Shown here: positions 1-12,476 of the stretch, piece after piece
Layout of the letters: each line of letters opens with the position of its first letter
Numbering within the stretch: the first letter of the stretch is position 1
Assembly: GCF_006345805.1 (NCBI RefSeq)
Contig: NW_021833426.1
Coordinates: 1 to 64,000, forward strand
DNA length: 64,000 nucleotides
DNA from: Octopus sinensis
Taxonomy: Eukaryota
Direction of reading: 5' to 3'
Made by a program: the position numbers and the translations under genes
Notes under the pieces: generated by a model
The model's database searches: none
What the model was told of the DNA's origin: nothing
The model's input: only the letters and a program-made list of their open reading frames with translations

Positions 1-1152
1 TTACAATGTAACGTAAATAATGTTTTTCTCTTTAAGTACAAACAAAATGGCAAAAAAATGACAACTGCTAATATTTTCTCTGATGTCAACTCGTTAATAG
101 ATTTTATCTACAAAATGTCTGTCATTCGTTTTTCATACAATAAAATGATGTATATTATTATATTCTTATATAAGTAAACGCCATACAATTCTAACGTCGA
201 GCAAGTGATGTGAGAGTGTGTGTATGCAGATGTGTACGCATACATGTATGTATGTGTATATAGATGTGTGTATAATGTGTTTTGGGGTTGACTCTACTCG
301 ATGGAAAAAAATTAGCTCAGATCAAATAGATGACAACGTATCGTTGAGAGCGAATTCACTTAAACATTTTTCAATATAATTTCTTTGTTGAATTCCCCGT
401 ATTTGTTCGGTTGTTGTATGAAATCTCAGACTGACAAACTACTCTCTCTCTGGCATTTAGTTGTGACAGACCGAAGATATTGGTTCACTTTCTAGTTTTA
501 ACTATGCTTTCTCTCTATATATTTCCTGCTTGTTTTGCTTATATTACCGTTTAATATATTAGCAAAAGAATCCAGCTTATTATTATTAGAAAATAAATAT
601 TCCAATCTACGGAACACAACAGATGGAAACGTTTTTTTTTTCCTTTCCCGAGATATCTCTGAGAATTGGCAATGCCTAAAAACGAAAATATCGACAGCAA
701 AAATTATATTAAAAAGTCTAATATTCTTCTTATTTTTTTTTTCTCTAATCGAAAAGAAAGCTTATCAATGAATGGCGCAGTAAGAGGTCTTCGATTTGAA
801 CTCGTTGGAATACTACACGCGTACACGCACGCGCACTCACACGCACATTTGAGAAAGAGACCAACGATTGGAGGTATCTTGAAATGAACAGTATCGTGAA
901 TGACTCAATCCAGTTGAATTTTTATGGCATTTATTTTTCTCTATATATTTTTCCCTCTTTTTCTATATATATGTGTGTGTGTATGTGTATTTATCGTATA
1001 CACACACGCACATTCCACTCACTCACTCAACACGCACACACATTCAAATTATTTGTCAGGCAAGTAGATCTCCGAAATATATGTATATTGTATGCGTGTG
1101 TATGTATACGTATGTGTGTGTGTGTGTACATATATATATATTTTTCTTTTCT

Positions 1153-1304
1153 TTTCTTTACTACCCACAAGGGGTTAAACACAGAGGGGACAAACAAGGA
1201 CAGACAAACGGATTAAGTCGATTATATCGTAGCTGGTACTTAATTTATCGACCCCGAAAGGATGAAAGTCAAAGTCGATCTCGGCGGAATTTGAACTCAG
1301 AACG
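1153..1304 (-). mobile_element. tRNA-derived SINE, group N (Nin/Deu-like central domain), 5'-truncated
   Basis: Reverse complement contains gagttcaaattccgccgag...tttcatcctttcggggtcgataaattaagtaccag...tgtgtttaaccccttgtgggtagtaaagaaa, which recurs many times in the window. Confidence 0.85.
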
Positions 1305-1347
1305 CAGCGGCTCAGAAATATATGTATATCGTGTACGTGTGTATGTG

Positions 1348-1391
<44 letters not shown>

Positions 1392-1559
1392 TTGTATGTG
1401 TATGAGTGTGTGTGTGTGTTTGTATACATACATATAATTATATGTATATGTATATATGTATGCAACACACACACACACATATATATACATACATGGCGAG
1501 CAAATCCACATGTCACTACTGAGATACAATGCTGACGGCCGATAACCGTGTTGGCAACA

Positions 1560-1700
1560 GTGTACGCTTGCGTAGTTTAAATGTAAAAACAACACAAGCG
1601 CTAAAGATACTCAGTTCAGTTCTTGGTGATGAGACAGTGAAGATCTGGAGACGTCGGATACGAATCTCAGAGCATCACTCTTCCAAACCAATTGTAAAAA
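1560..1700 (+). pseudogene. Possible mariner transposase N-terminal HTH relic
   Basis: Translation KTTQALKILSSVLGDETVKIWRRRI resembles the mariner HTH pattern (A.E...L...+GD..+...W..RF); short and degenerate. Confidence 0.35.
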
Positions 1701-1750
1701 TACGCTGGTAGGAAAATACGAAAATAAGATAAAATTGGAACATAATCGTG

Positions 1751-2164
1751 AGATCTTTTCGGTTTGAACGGCAGTTTTTTAACATAATTTCTAGGTAACT
1801 AAACACTTTTAAGCTTCGTATACTTGTAGAATGTGTTTATAAAACATCTTTTTCTCTTGGCTTTATTGAGAAAATTCTATAGTTTGTAAGATATTTGCTG
1901 TTTTTTTTCTTCAATTTCTGCAATTTCAACCAATCAATGACGTCTATTGAGGTTTAAAAAACATTCTGTGCCGTATGAATATGTCCCTCGTTGAAGAAAC
2001 AGATTGGGTTTATTTACATTTGTGACGAAAAAAGGATACCCTTCCCCCCACCCTAACCCTAAAATAGATTGAAATGCAATAGATCGATACTAGGGTCATA
2101 ATTATGGGTGACAATTTCATATGACACCGATAGAAAAAAACTGCCGTTCAAACCGAAAAGATCC
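1751..2164. mobile_element. MITE with ~28-bp TIRs and 8-bp TSD (Merlin-like)
   Basis: TIR gatcttttcggtttgaacggcagttttt / aaaaactgccgttcaaaccgaaaagatcc; perfect TSD taatcgtg at 1743-1750 and 2165-2172; internal ccctaaccctaa. Confidence 0.9.
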
Positions 2165-2221
2165 TAATCGTGTATTTAATGAAACTTGAATAAAATAAAA
2201 CTGTTCCTTCCACCACACATA

Positions 2222-2447
2222 TATTTCTTTACTACCCACAAGGGGCTAAACACAGAGAGGACAAACAAGGACAGACAAACGGATTAAGTCGATTATATCG
2301 ACCCCAGTGCGTAACTGGTACTTATTTAGTCGACCCCGGAAGGATGAAAGGCAAAGTCGACCTCGGCGGAATTTGAACTCAGAACATAACGGCAGACGAA
2401 ATACGGCTATGCATTTCGCCTGGCGTGCTAACGTTTCTGCCAGCTCG
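2222..2447 (-). mobile_element. SINE group N, near full length
   Basis: Head gagctggcagaaacgttagc, B-box gagttcaaattcc, central domain and gtaaagaaata tail on minus strand. Confidence 0.9.
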
Positions 2448-3020
2448 TGTATGTGTGTCTGTGTGCGTATCAGGTTGCTCCTGTTACTACTGTTAACATG
2501 TAGCGTAGTACAATATTTCGCATGGTCAGGCTGTCGGCTACTAAACCAACAACCCTACCAAGCCTGTTTGTTTAGTATTTTGGTGGATGGTTTTCCTTGA
2601 ACATTTTGCAGGGTGTATGCAGTATTACGAGAGACCCAAAGTCTTTGTTTGGACATTTCTTTAGGAAAAAGAAAAGTTTCATGTAACAAGTACTTTGTTT
2701 AGAGCTGGGACCCTTAGCAGTATTTCGGCTGAACCCGTACACCTTAGATATCGGCTGAATACTCTATCATTAAGCTAAACGGCTGACAGCTAACTATTAT
2801 AGCTTTTGGAATGCTACATTTTGTCTGCTGGCAACTTTTTCCGTCTTAAAATATCCAGTCTTTCTGCTGTTTTCTTGGCCATACTGCGGTTGAAATATTA
2901 CGTTTTGTCTGTAAAATGCGAAGCACGTTCTACGCTTCCAAAATTTGTTTACAAAATATTGTTGCATTTCAAAAGCTATATAATATTTAGCGTTTAATTC
3001 GGCGGAGATTGTTGTCAGCA

Positions 3021-3091
3021 GACCGTCTAGGTTAATGGTAAAATACTCAGCCGTTATCTGAGGGGTGCGGGTTCGAGTCCCGTGGCTGTCA
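3021..3091 (+). tRNA. tRNA-like sequence / pseudo-tRNA (anticodon position GTT)
   Basis: Cloverleaf by eye: acceptor gaccgtc/ggctgtc (6 of 7), A-box taggttaatgg, anticodon stem ctcag/ctgag with loop ccgttat, T-arm gcggg-ttcgagt-cccgt; D-stem weak and C at position 33, so probably non-functional. Confidence 0.5.
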
Positions 3092-3191
3092 GCTGACAAC
3101 TTTTCCCGTCTAATAAAGCTCAAATAACCGATGACTTTCTTGCTTGCAAAATACGATATGTGTATGTATGTATGTGTGTGTGTGTGTGTAT

Positions 3192-3244
<53 letters not shown>

Positions 3245-3314
3245 GTCAAGCAATATACTACAGTTACATGTAGCGGGGGTGGGGATACTATCGTCGGTAT
3301 TCTCGTTGAATATT

Positions 3315-3513
3315 TATTTCTTTACTACCCAAAAGAGGCTACACACAGAGGGGACAAACGGATTAAGTCGATTATATCGATCCCCAGTACGTAACTGGTA
3401 CTTAATTTATCGACCCCGAAATGATGGAAAGCAAAGTCGACCTCGGCGGAATTTGAACTCAGAACGTAACGCATTTCGACCAGCGTGCTAATGTTTCTGC
3501 CAGCTCGCCGCCT
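3315..3513 (-). mobile_element. SINE group N with internal deletions
   Basis: Same family motifs as 2222-2447. Confidence 0.85.
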
Positions 3514-5392
3514 TCTTCTCGTTGAATATTATTGTGTAACATTCAACCCAAACCGACGAAAACATTGTGACCTGTTGTATACTGTCAACTGTAGTACATT
3601 GTTGAACTTTATATAGAGATATACAGATGTTATTACTTATACTGAGTATTGTCTTATTTCAGACTTACTGATAATTTCCTGGCGAATATAATATAATAAA
3701 TGTGTGTTTTGTGTCTGACTGTACAGTCGCGATCTTAATCATGTTCACCAAGAAAGTTTAGGCACAGTTCGCGATTGACATTGAACTTGAAAATTAGACG
3801 AGGATACTCTAGGTTATATACGGGTAGTTTTGGTTTAAGCAATCCCAACACATTTCTGGTATTTCTAAAATGATGGAAATGAAATGCGTCATTGACTAAA
3901 CCGTGCTTGGATCTCAGAAGTTGATTCACTGAAGACGATTCCAAATATGCAACTAAAGCGGTTTTTCCGACCTCAGTATATCATATCTATTCACATAAAA
4001 GTACATGCATACGTACATCATGTACACACACATATATATACGTATATATACGTTCATGTATTCATATAGGCATACGTACATACATACGTACCAAAAACTA
4101 GAATTTATGAAATAACTAAATATTTAAATCTTTTTTTTTTTTGGTTTGGTATTGAAAGAAATTTCAATCTCCAAATTAATAATACTTTTTTTTCCTCTTA
4201 AATTTTGATATCTAAAAGATGCTTTCAAAAGTGAAGTTAGCGGAACATAGGAAGAATTATGAGGAGGTAAAGAGGTGGCAAGGGAGGGAACACATAGTGA
4301 AGTAGATGGGCGCTGATAATATATCGTCTGTCTGTATTTAAAACCGGAGGAGAAAGAAGAAAATACAAACAGCAGTAGCAGCGTGTCGAAACAGCCAACC
4401 CAATCAAATAATTTGATGGATCAGCAGTAAAATTCGTTTTCTTATTTTAGCAGCCATTTGTATGAAGACAGATACAATTCATCTAATCAGATCTGCTTGA
4501 TATTCAACGTTTCATTCGACGCTAATTTGAGGCATTGAATCAACAAATATTTTAATAGATTCGAAAATCACACAGTGCCAAACGATGTTTTAAATTATCT
4601 TAAAAATATCTTCAAACGAGACCTGGGAAACTAGCAGCGCCATCCAATCAGATGAATTCAAAGTAAGTTTCATTTTTGTCTTTTATTCAAAAGAAGAAAC
4701 GGTTCGCAGTCGATCTGTTGACCCCACCTCCCAATTGGTGAGAAGTTTCGATATGCTGTTGTTCTTCTATAAATGTTTTTTTTTTTTCAGTTGGCGTTCG
4801 ACTTCAGACAGACACAGTCGAGATGTCTGTCTGTGTGTCCACTTCGATACATTCTTTCTCTATCCCTTTCTCTCCCACTACCCTCGTTTTCTATGTCATT
4901 CCTTTTCAGAGAATGAGGTTTGTGAAAGAAGTGATATAGGGTAATGGTTAATTGGGGGAAGGTGTTTTTTGCTGAGAAGGAAGACGGCCAAATATTCAGT
5001 TTAGTCAAAGAACCATTTCCCGAACGATGGCGTTGTCTAGCTATTGTGGAGGGCTGGTGAGCCTTCGTCCTAAACCAAGATTGTAAAATTCAATTCCACT
5101 TCTGCTGGGGGTCAATGTAATCAACTAGCCCCTACTTACGAAATTTCGGATCTTAAGCTTATCGTAGAAAGGTTTGTTATATTTCTTTGTTCGAATTTTG
5201 CTCGGTGTAAAAACTATAGTTGGTATACGGTGGTTCGAATCTGCGCAGCAGACGGTGAATTAAAATAGTATAGCAACATCGGAAATATATGCCATTTGTG
5301 AGGACAGATCCCGAGGGGTCTGAGTCAATAAGCTAGAAAGTTATTCACTGAAATTCGCATTTATTCATATAGAATATTGAATTTGAAATTTT

Positions 5393-5799
5393 GGATCTTT
5401 TCGGTTTGAACGGCAGTTTTTTAAAAATAATTTCCACGAAAACAAAACACTTTTAAACTTCGTATACTGGTAGAATGTGTTTATAAAACATCTTTTTCTC
5501 TTGGCTTTATTGAGAAAATTCTATAGTTTGTAAGATATTTGTTGCTTTTTTCTTCAATTTCTGCAATTTCAACCAATCAATGTCATCTGTTGAGGTAAAA
5601 AAACATTCTGTGCCGTATGAATATGTCCCTCGTTTAAGAAACTGATTGGGTTTATTTACATTTCTGAAGAAAAAAAGATACCCTTTCCCTAACCCTAACC
5701 CAGATTGAAATGCAATAGATAGATACTAAGGTCATAATTATGGGTGACAATTTCATATGACACCGCTAGAAAAAACTGCCGTTCAAACCGAAAGGATCC
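5393..5799. mobile_element. Merlin-like MITE, second copy
   Basis: Highly similar to 1751-2164; ggatc...gatcc termini; imperfect TSD gaaatttt/gaaaattt. Confidence 0.9.
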
Positions 5800-6329
5800 G
5801 AAAATTTAATACGCAGTTTTGTTTTAATAGCAGCTTTGTTTTACACGTTCAGTATCAAAGGGTTTTTTTTAAAGAAAAATAAGCAGAAAATAGGCAAACA
5901 GAGAGAGGAACGAGAGAGAGAGATTCTCGTCTGCTTTGTTTGCTGTATCGTTTCTTCGCAGCACTTCTCCCCCACTGATATGTATATTAAATAATCTTGG
6001 TGTTCAGTAGAGGATCATCTACAGTCACTTGTCTGCTAGATATAACAGTCATGCCTTCCTCACATCCTAACCTAACACCTTAAATAAAGGATGTTTTGGA
6101 TGGCTTAATTCATGATAGAAAAAAGTCTGGCTGGTCACAAGTGGGACGCTTTTATATCATAGGTTTGTTCTATCTGGGCCGATCTAGGCTGTACAGCAAC
6201 TGAAAGTAAACAACAGTGTATTTCTACCAGCGAGAGAAAACCTCGGCGCAGACACTTAACCTGCCGAAACAGCTCTCATATCGTATCATTATCTAAATTA
6301 TAAAAGAACATACTAGAGATGATGCAGTT

Positions 6330-6485
6330 GTTTTTCTTTTCTTTTCTTTTTTTATCTTTTTTATACCTTTTTACGATCCCTTTTGATCGAAAACCTACCC
6401 CACATTTTTTTCTCCCCAAAAAGTTAAGTTCTACTTTGTAATTTGTCCCGTCTGTGTTCAGCCCTGTGTGGCTAATAAAGAAACA
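6330..6485 (+). mobile_element. Probable LINE 3' end sharing its tail with SINE group N
   Basis: 6442-6485 tttgtcccgtctgtgttcagccctgtgtggctaataaagaaa matches the SINE N tail, but upstream sequence is unrelated to the SINE body. Confidence 0.5.
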
Positions 6486-6545
6486 TATACCTTACAACTA
6501 CACAAGGGGAACACTTTCATTTACGATACTATCTAAATAATCTAG

Positions 6546-6690
6546 GTACAGGAATGGCTGGTTTAGAAGCTCGCTTTTGCAACCACGTGGTTTTGAGTTC
6601 AGTTCCACAGTGCGTCACCTTGGGCAAGCGTTTTCTACAACGCCTTGTGAATGAATTTGGCAGACTGGAACTGTGTGGAAGACTGCCGAG
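6546..6690 (+). mobile_element. SINE group K, degenerate 5' half
   Basis: gagttcagttccacagtgcgtcaccttgggcaag...tgaatttggcagactggaactg. Confidence 0.7.
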
Positions 6691-6828
6691 AGAGAAAGAG
6701 TGAGAGATTTATACAGGGTGGTGCGCAAAAAAAGTTAGCCTGTGTTGCATAAAATGTAAATGCAGAAATAAATTTACACACACAAAAATCGCTTAACCTT
6801 TCGTTTGCAACTGTCATTGTGTTATTTC

Positions 6829-7604
6829 TATTTCTTTACTACCCACAAGGGGCTAAACACAGAAAGGACAGGCAAACGGATTAAGTCGATTATATCGACC
6901 CCAGTGCGTAACTGGTCCTTATTTAATCGACCCTGAAAGGATGAAAGGCAAAGTCGACCTCGGCGGAATTTGAACTTAGAACGTCACTACAGCCGAAATA
7001 CCTATTTCTTTACTACCCACAAGGGGCTAAAAGCATAGGGGACAAACAAGGAGAGACAAACGGATTAAGTCGATTATATCGACCCCAGTGCGTAACTGGT
7101 CCTTATTTAATCGACCCTGAAAGGATGAAAGGCAAAGTCGACCTCGGCGGAATTTGAACTTAGAACGTCACTACAGCCGAAATACCTATTTCTTTACTAC
7201 CCACAAGGGGCTAAAAGCATAGGGGACAAACAAGGACAGACAAACGGATTAAGTCGATTATATCGACCCCAGTGCGTAACTGGTCCTTATTTAATCGACC
7301 CTGAAAGGATGAAAGGCAAAGTCGACCTCGGCGGAATTTGAACTTAGAACGTCACTACAGCCGAAATACCTATTTCTTTACTACCCACAAGGGGCTAAAA
7401 GCATAGGGGACAAACAAGGACAGACAAACGGATTAAGTCGATTATTTCGACACCAGTGCGTAACTGGTACTTATTTAACCAGCCCCGAAAGGATGAAAGG
7501 CAAAGTCGACCTCAGCCGAATTTGAACTCAGAGCGTAACGGCAGACGAAATACGGCTACGGATTTCGCCCGGCGCGCTAACGTTTCTGCCAGCTCGCCGC
7601 CTTA
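6829..7604 (-). mobile_element. Four-unit tandem array of SINE group N (184-bp period) inside one 14-bp TSD
   Basis: cggcggaattt at 6961, 7145, 7329; TSD cattgtgttatttc at 6815-6828 and 7605-7618. Confidence 0.9.
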
Positions 7605-8341
7605 CATTGTGTTATTTCGATCGAAAAGTAGCACGGGTTCCACAGCATAGTGTAAATACGGACAAAAAAAACCCCAAAAACTCATAGTTCAGCAATTAGA
7701 AGCAATCGAAATATCACAACAACACTTGCAAACAAAGGCTGGGTGCTTTTTTGAATCCGGCCTACTCTTCCGTGCGCCACGGAAATATCCAATAAATGGA
7801 TTTTATGGAAATATGGAAACACCATATACACTTTCACTCAGGAAAAAGATTGCTCAAAATGTATATGCATATATGCATTATGTGTGCATACAGGTGAATT
7901 TCCCATATTTTCGTTTTCTTTCTAACAGCGAACGTGTGAAATCCATCTTCAATGTTTCTAAACCTTTCCAGATTTATCTTCAGCGGGGTAGTGGAGTGAT
8001 GTTGTGTATTCGTCGTCTTGTTAGTCCCTCTAGATCGAGAAAGACGAACCTTCACAGATAATTTGTTTATAGCGATCGAATGCTTGTACGGTACGTTAGC
8101 TTACTCCTTCCATTAAGTCAACATTGCCTGTACAGGTGCACGGTGGGCCACACGTCCGGTGTCTAAGTGATCGCAGAGAATTGAAAGATGAAGTGTTTTG
8201 CTCAAGAACTCAATGCACCACCCGGTCCGAGAATTGAAACCACGATCTCGCGATTTTATGCACAACACTCGAACCACTAAACCATGATCTTATAAAAGGC
8301 ACAACCAATATAATTATGCAATCAATATTAATACCACAAAA

Positions 8342-9140
8342 TGGTGGCGATCTGGCAGAAACGTTTGCACGCTAAGCAGTATTTTGTCTGCCGTTACGTT
8401 GTGAGTTCAAATTCCGCCGAGGTCGACTTTGCCTTTCATCCTTTCGGGGTCGATTAAATAAGTACCAGTTACGCACTGGGGTCGATATAATCGACTTAAT
8501 CCGTTTGTCTGTCCTTGTTTGTCCCCTCTGTGTTTAGCTCCTTGTGGGCAATAAAGAAATAAGAAACGTTAGCACGCCGGGCAAAATGCGTAGCCGTATT
8601 TCGTCTGCCGTTACGTTCTGAGTTCAAATTCCGCCGAGGTCGATTTTGCCTTTCATCCTTTCGGGGTCGATAAATCAAGTACCAGTTACGCACTTAATCC
8701 GTTTGTCTGTCCTTGTTTGTCCTCTCTGTGTTTAGCCCCTTGTGGGTAGTAAAGAAATAGGTATTTTGTCTGTCTTTACGTTCTGCGTTCAGGTTGACTT
8801 TGCCTTTCATCCTTTCAGGATCGATGAAATAAATACCAGTTAAGCACAGGGGTCGATGTAATCGACTTACCTGCTCATCCAAAGTTGCTGGCTTTGTGCC
8901 TAAAATTTGAAATCCTCATTACTATTTTTCTATGAGGTGGTGATCAGGCAGAATCGTTAGCACGCCGGGGAAAATGGTTACCGACGTTTCGTCTTTCTTT
9001 ACGTTGAAATGCTGCAAGGTCCACTTTGCCTTTCATTCTTTTGGGTTCGATAAAATAAGTACCAGGTGAGAATTGGGGCCGATATAATCGATTTTCCTCG
9101 TTCCCCGAAATTGCAGGCTATTTGCCAAAATTTTAAACCC
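8342..9140 (+). mobile_element. Cluster of about four SINE group N copies
   Basis: Repeated gttcaaattccgccgaggtcga...tttcatcctttcggggtcgat blocks. Confidence 0.85.
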
Positions 9141-9399
9141 ATAACCATACCACAGAATAATACTAAAATAAATTGACTTGTAGGAACACCATATTTCGTT
9201 ACGCAACCATAATATGCCACAAAGTATATTAAACGCTTTTACAAGTCAATACTGTGTTTTACTGTGTTAGCAGTGCTATTAACTAACTTAAGGTGATTTC
9301 TAAAGATTTTTCATAGAAATTAGAGCCAGCACTGATTTAAGTTTCGTATCCGAATACGCCTAATGTAAACAACAGTGAGATCGAAGATAGAAAAATGGG

Positions 9400-9606
9400 T
9401 AGTTAGTTAGTTAATTTTTTGGCTCAAAAAGCAAAAAGCAAGGCCATGTAGTGGGACATGGAGTTATGTACAGGGTGGTGTTCAAGTAAAGAGTTCAGAC
9501 CACTTGTGGTCAAGGGAGACTTTGAACCGAGCGGTCGTCGGCATCTTCACTATCTCGTCCGGCAGCTTATTCCACGGATCCGCAACCCGGACGGAGAAAT
9601 CCCCTC
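9400..9606 (-). mobile_element. 5'-truncated CR1/L2-clade LINE 3' end
   Basis: Minus strand translates FSVRVADPWNKLPDEIVKMPTTARFKVSLDHKW, the conserved ORF2 C-terminal motif FS.RV...WN.LP..+V......FK..LD; short 3' UTR then (aact)n tail. Confidence 0.85.
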
Positions 9607-10029
9607 ATAGGCATATAGGCCATATCTCAGGAGTTTTTGCTCCTTCATCAGCAACTCCTGCAGTACATTAATCCTTCACGAACTTATTGTTTGTAATTAT
9701 GCAATACACACATAACATACATTGATGATAAACAACTGACTGATGACGCATAAAGCTTTCAAATAATGTGATTCCGGCGTTAATAACTACATTAATGGCT
9801 CCTGGTTGTTGTAAAGGAAGAAAAAAGCAACATTCTCCAACATCACTTTATTCAGAAGATGAGACCATGAAGGCCTAGAAATATTGAGGATGGATATCAG
9901 AAATTTACCGTGATAAAGTGAAGATCATAGGAATGTGAGAAACACTTCGGTGGTGGTGGTGGTAGTGGTGGTGGTGGTGATAATAAACTAGAACACAGTT
10001 GGGTTTTCAATACAACAAACAACCACCTA

Positions 10030-10073
10030 TACACACACACACACACAAACACACACACAAAAACACACACACA

Positions 10074-10109
<36 letters not shown>

Positions 10110-10630
10110 TATAAAAAACCTGGAACACATATGCACACATCTAACAAACACACACACTCAAAAGACACATATACACACATGTAATAAACACATACATACA
10201 CTGACACATACATACACAACACACACGTAAAGCATACGCATACACACATGACACACACATACACACGTAATATACACACACACACACAAGTAACAGACAT
10301 ATACACCCATGTAATAAACACATACATATACACTAAATAGACACACATACACATCACACACGTAAAACATATGCATACACACATAAGACACACATACACA
10401 CGTACGTAAACACACACACACACACACACAAGTAACAGACATATGCAAGCACACACACACATCCGTGTAACAAACACACGCACACATCTAAGAGACACAC
10501 ACGTAACATCCATAATCTGTACGTAGCTCATAATACACATAACGTTATGCGCACATACACACACAATACATAATATACTCCTAACACATAGACTTATAAT
10601 ACACACACACACACACACACACATAAAACA
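10030..10630. repeat. Compound (CA)n-rich microsatellite
   Basis: Direct reading. Confidence 0.95.
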
Positions 10631-10984
10631 CGGAAATATAACCGGCGTGTATATATACGCAAAACAGACCAAATATTATTGAAGATCATCGTTCGTTTTC
10701 TTTCTTCTTCTTTGAAAAAAGCTGTCTTTATATTTTAATTAAAGCTTTTCTTCTCTTTTCTTTCGAGTGGCGAATCATTTTTCCGAATCAACTTAACGGT
10801 TGGCCATAAAAAAAAAAACATTTCATTTATTTTTGTCTTGTTTTTGTTGTTGTTGTTGTTTTTTCTTACGTGAAAAAAAAAAAATAAATAAAATAAAAAG
10901 TAAAAAAAAAAAAAAATCGATATTTCTAACGCGATCGAGATTAAGAGTGAAGTTGTTCACTTTCCATGAAAAAAATGTCCGTGT

Positions 10985-11060
10985 AAACAAATATGGCGGA
11001 CGGCGAGGAAACGGAAAAGAGAGAAGGGGGCGAGGAGAAGGGGAGAGGGGGCGGGTAGTC
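10985..11060 (-). promoter_or_regulatory. Candidate CpG-containing promoter / 5' end
   Basis: GC box ggggcggg, a pyrimidine-rich tract and YY1-like ccgccatatttg on the minus strand, in unique sequence. Confidence 0.25.
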
Positions 11061-11179
11061 GGTTCGAAACCATTCACCGACTACACCTGATGATTTTATG
11101 GAATAAGACAGTTTTGGTAGTCATTTACGCTGAAATGTTTTTGTGCGTGTGCATACATTGTATATTTGGTGCATTTTTA

Positions 11180-11918
11180 TATATATATATATATTATATG
11201 CATACTATATACATGCTACATATATATCTGTGTATGTGTGTGTAAATAAGTGTATATATCTGTATGTGTATATATCTGTGTATGTGTGTGTAAATATATG
11301 TAATATATCTGTGTATGTGTGTGTGTAAATATGTGTGTATATATTTGTGTGTGTGTGTGTAAATATATATACATATGTGTATACATCTGTGTATGTGTGT
11401 GTAAATATGTGTATATATCTGTGTGTGTAAATATGTGTATATATCTGTATGTGTGTGTAAATATATGTGTATATATTTGTGTATGTGTGTGTAAATATAT
11501 ATGTGTATATATCTGTGTATGTGTGTGTAAATATGTGTGTATATATTGTGTATGTGTGTGTAAATATATGTGCATATATTTGTGTGTGTGTTGTAAATAT
11601 ATATACATATGTGTATACATCTGTGTATGTGTGTGTAAATATGTGTATATATCTGTGTGTGTAAATATGTGTATATATCTGTATGTGTGTGTAAATATAT
11701 GTGTATATATTTGTGTATGTGTGTGTAAATATATATGTGTATATATCTGTGTATGTGTGTGTAAATATGTGTATATATTTGTGTATGTGTGTGTAAATAT
11801 ATGTGCATATATTTGTGTGTGTGTGTGTGTGTGTAAATATATATGCATATGTGTATATATCTATGTATGTATGTGTGTAAATATATATCTCTGTGTGTAT
11901 GCATATATATATGTATAT

Positions 11919-11993
<75 letters not shown>

Positions 11994-12000
11994 CGTGTAA
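11180..12000. repeat. TA/TG compound minisatellite (about 30-bp unit with higher-order duplication)
   Basis: Recurrent gtgtgtaaatat...atatctgtgtat units. Confidence 0.95.
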
Positions 12001-12039
12001 GTGTGTGCGTGCGTGCTAGTCATGTGTGTGTGCGTGCGA

Positions 12040-12262
12040 TGATTTGTTTATAATGATCAAATGTTTGTACACACTCCCTCCGTCAAATCGACATTACCTG
12101 TACAGGTGTACCGTTTGCTACATGTCAGATGACGTAATGATCGTAGAGCGATGTGAAATGAAGTGCTTTGCTCCAAGAACACAATGCAACGACCGGTCTG
12201 AGAATCGAACCCACGATCTCGTAATCGTGAGCGCAACATCCTAACAACTAATACATGCGCCT
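12040..12262 (-). mobile_element. Degenerate tRNA-derived SINE, group R
   Basis: Minus strand gggttcgattctcagaccgg...tgtgttcttggagcaaagcacttcatttcac; relatives at about 8000-8290 (-) and 14285-14545 (+). Confidence 0.7.
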
Positions 12263-12476
12263 TCTCGCTATCTCTCACTTATACACACACACATGAATAC
12301 GTAACTGCTGAACGAGAATAAGTGTTTAACACCGCATTGGCGGATAAAATTTATTTTTTTTAGTATTAAGGCTACCATTGGTTTCATGTATAAAAAAAAT
12401 ATCTTGATGTCTTAATTTTTCAAGCTGATCACAAGGAGGAATGTTGTTCATCTCCATTTTTGAATGAAAATATATA

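Noticed and set aside
3735-3944. 69-aa minus-strand ORF in unique sequence
   Set aside because: Non-ATG start, no recognisable domain, no convincing splice sites
7660-7780. Mariner relic (GWVL..PAYS) and TA-CAGGGTG terminus near 6711
   Set aside because: Similarity too short and frameshifted to call confidently
10007-12023. Long Cys/Val/Tyr/Ile/His/Thr-rich ORFs (also at 38023-38851, 47120-47956, 57721-58787 and elsewhere)
   Set aside because: Translations of dinucleotide microsatellites that lack stop codons by composition
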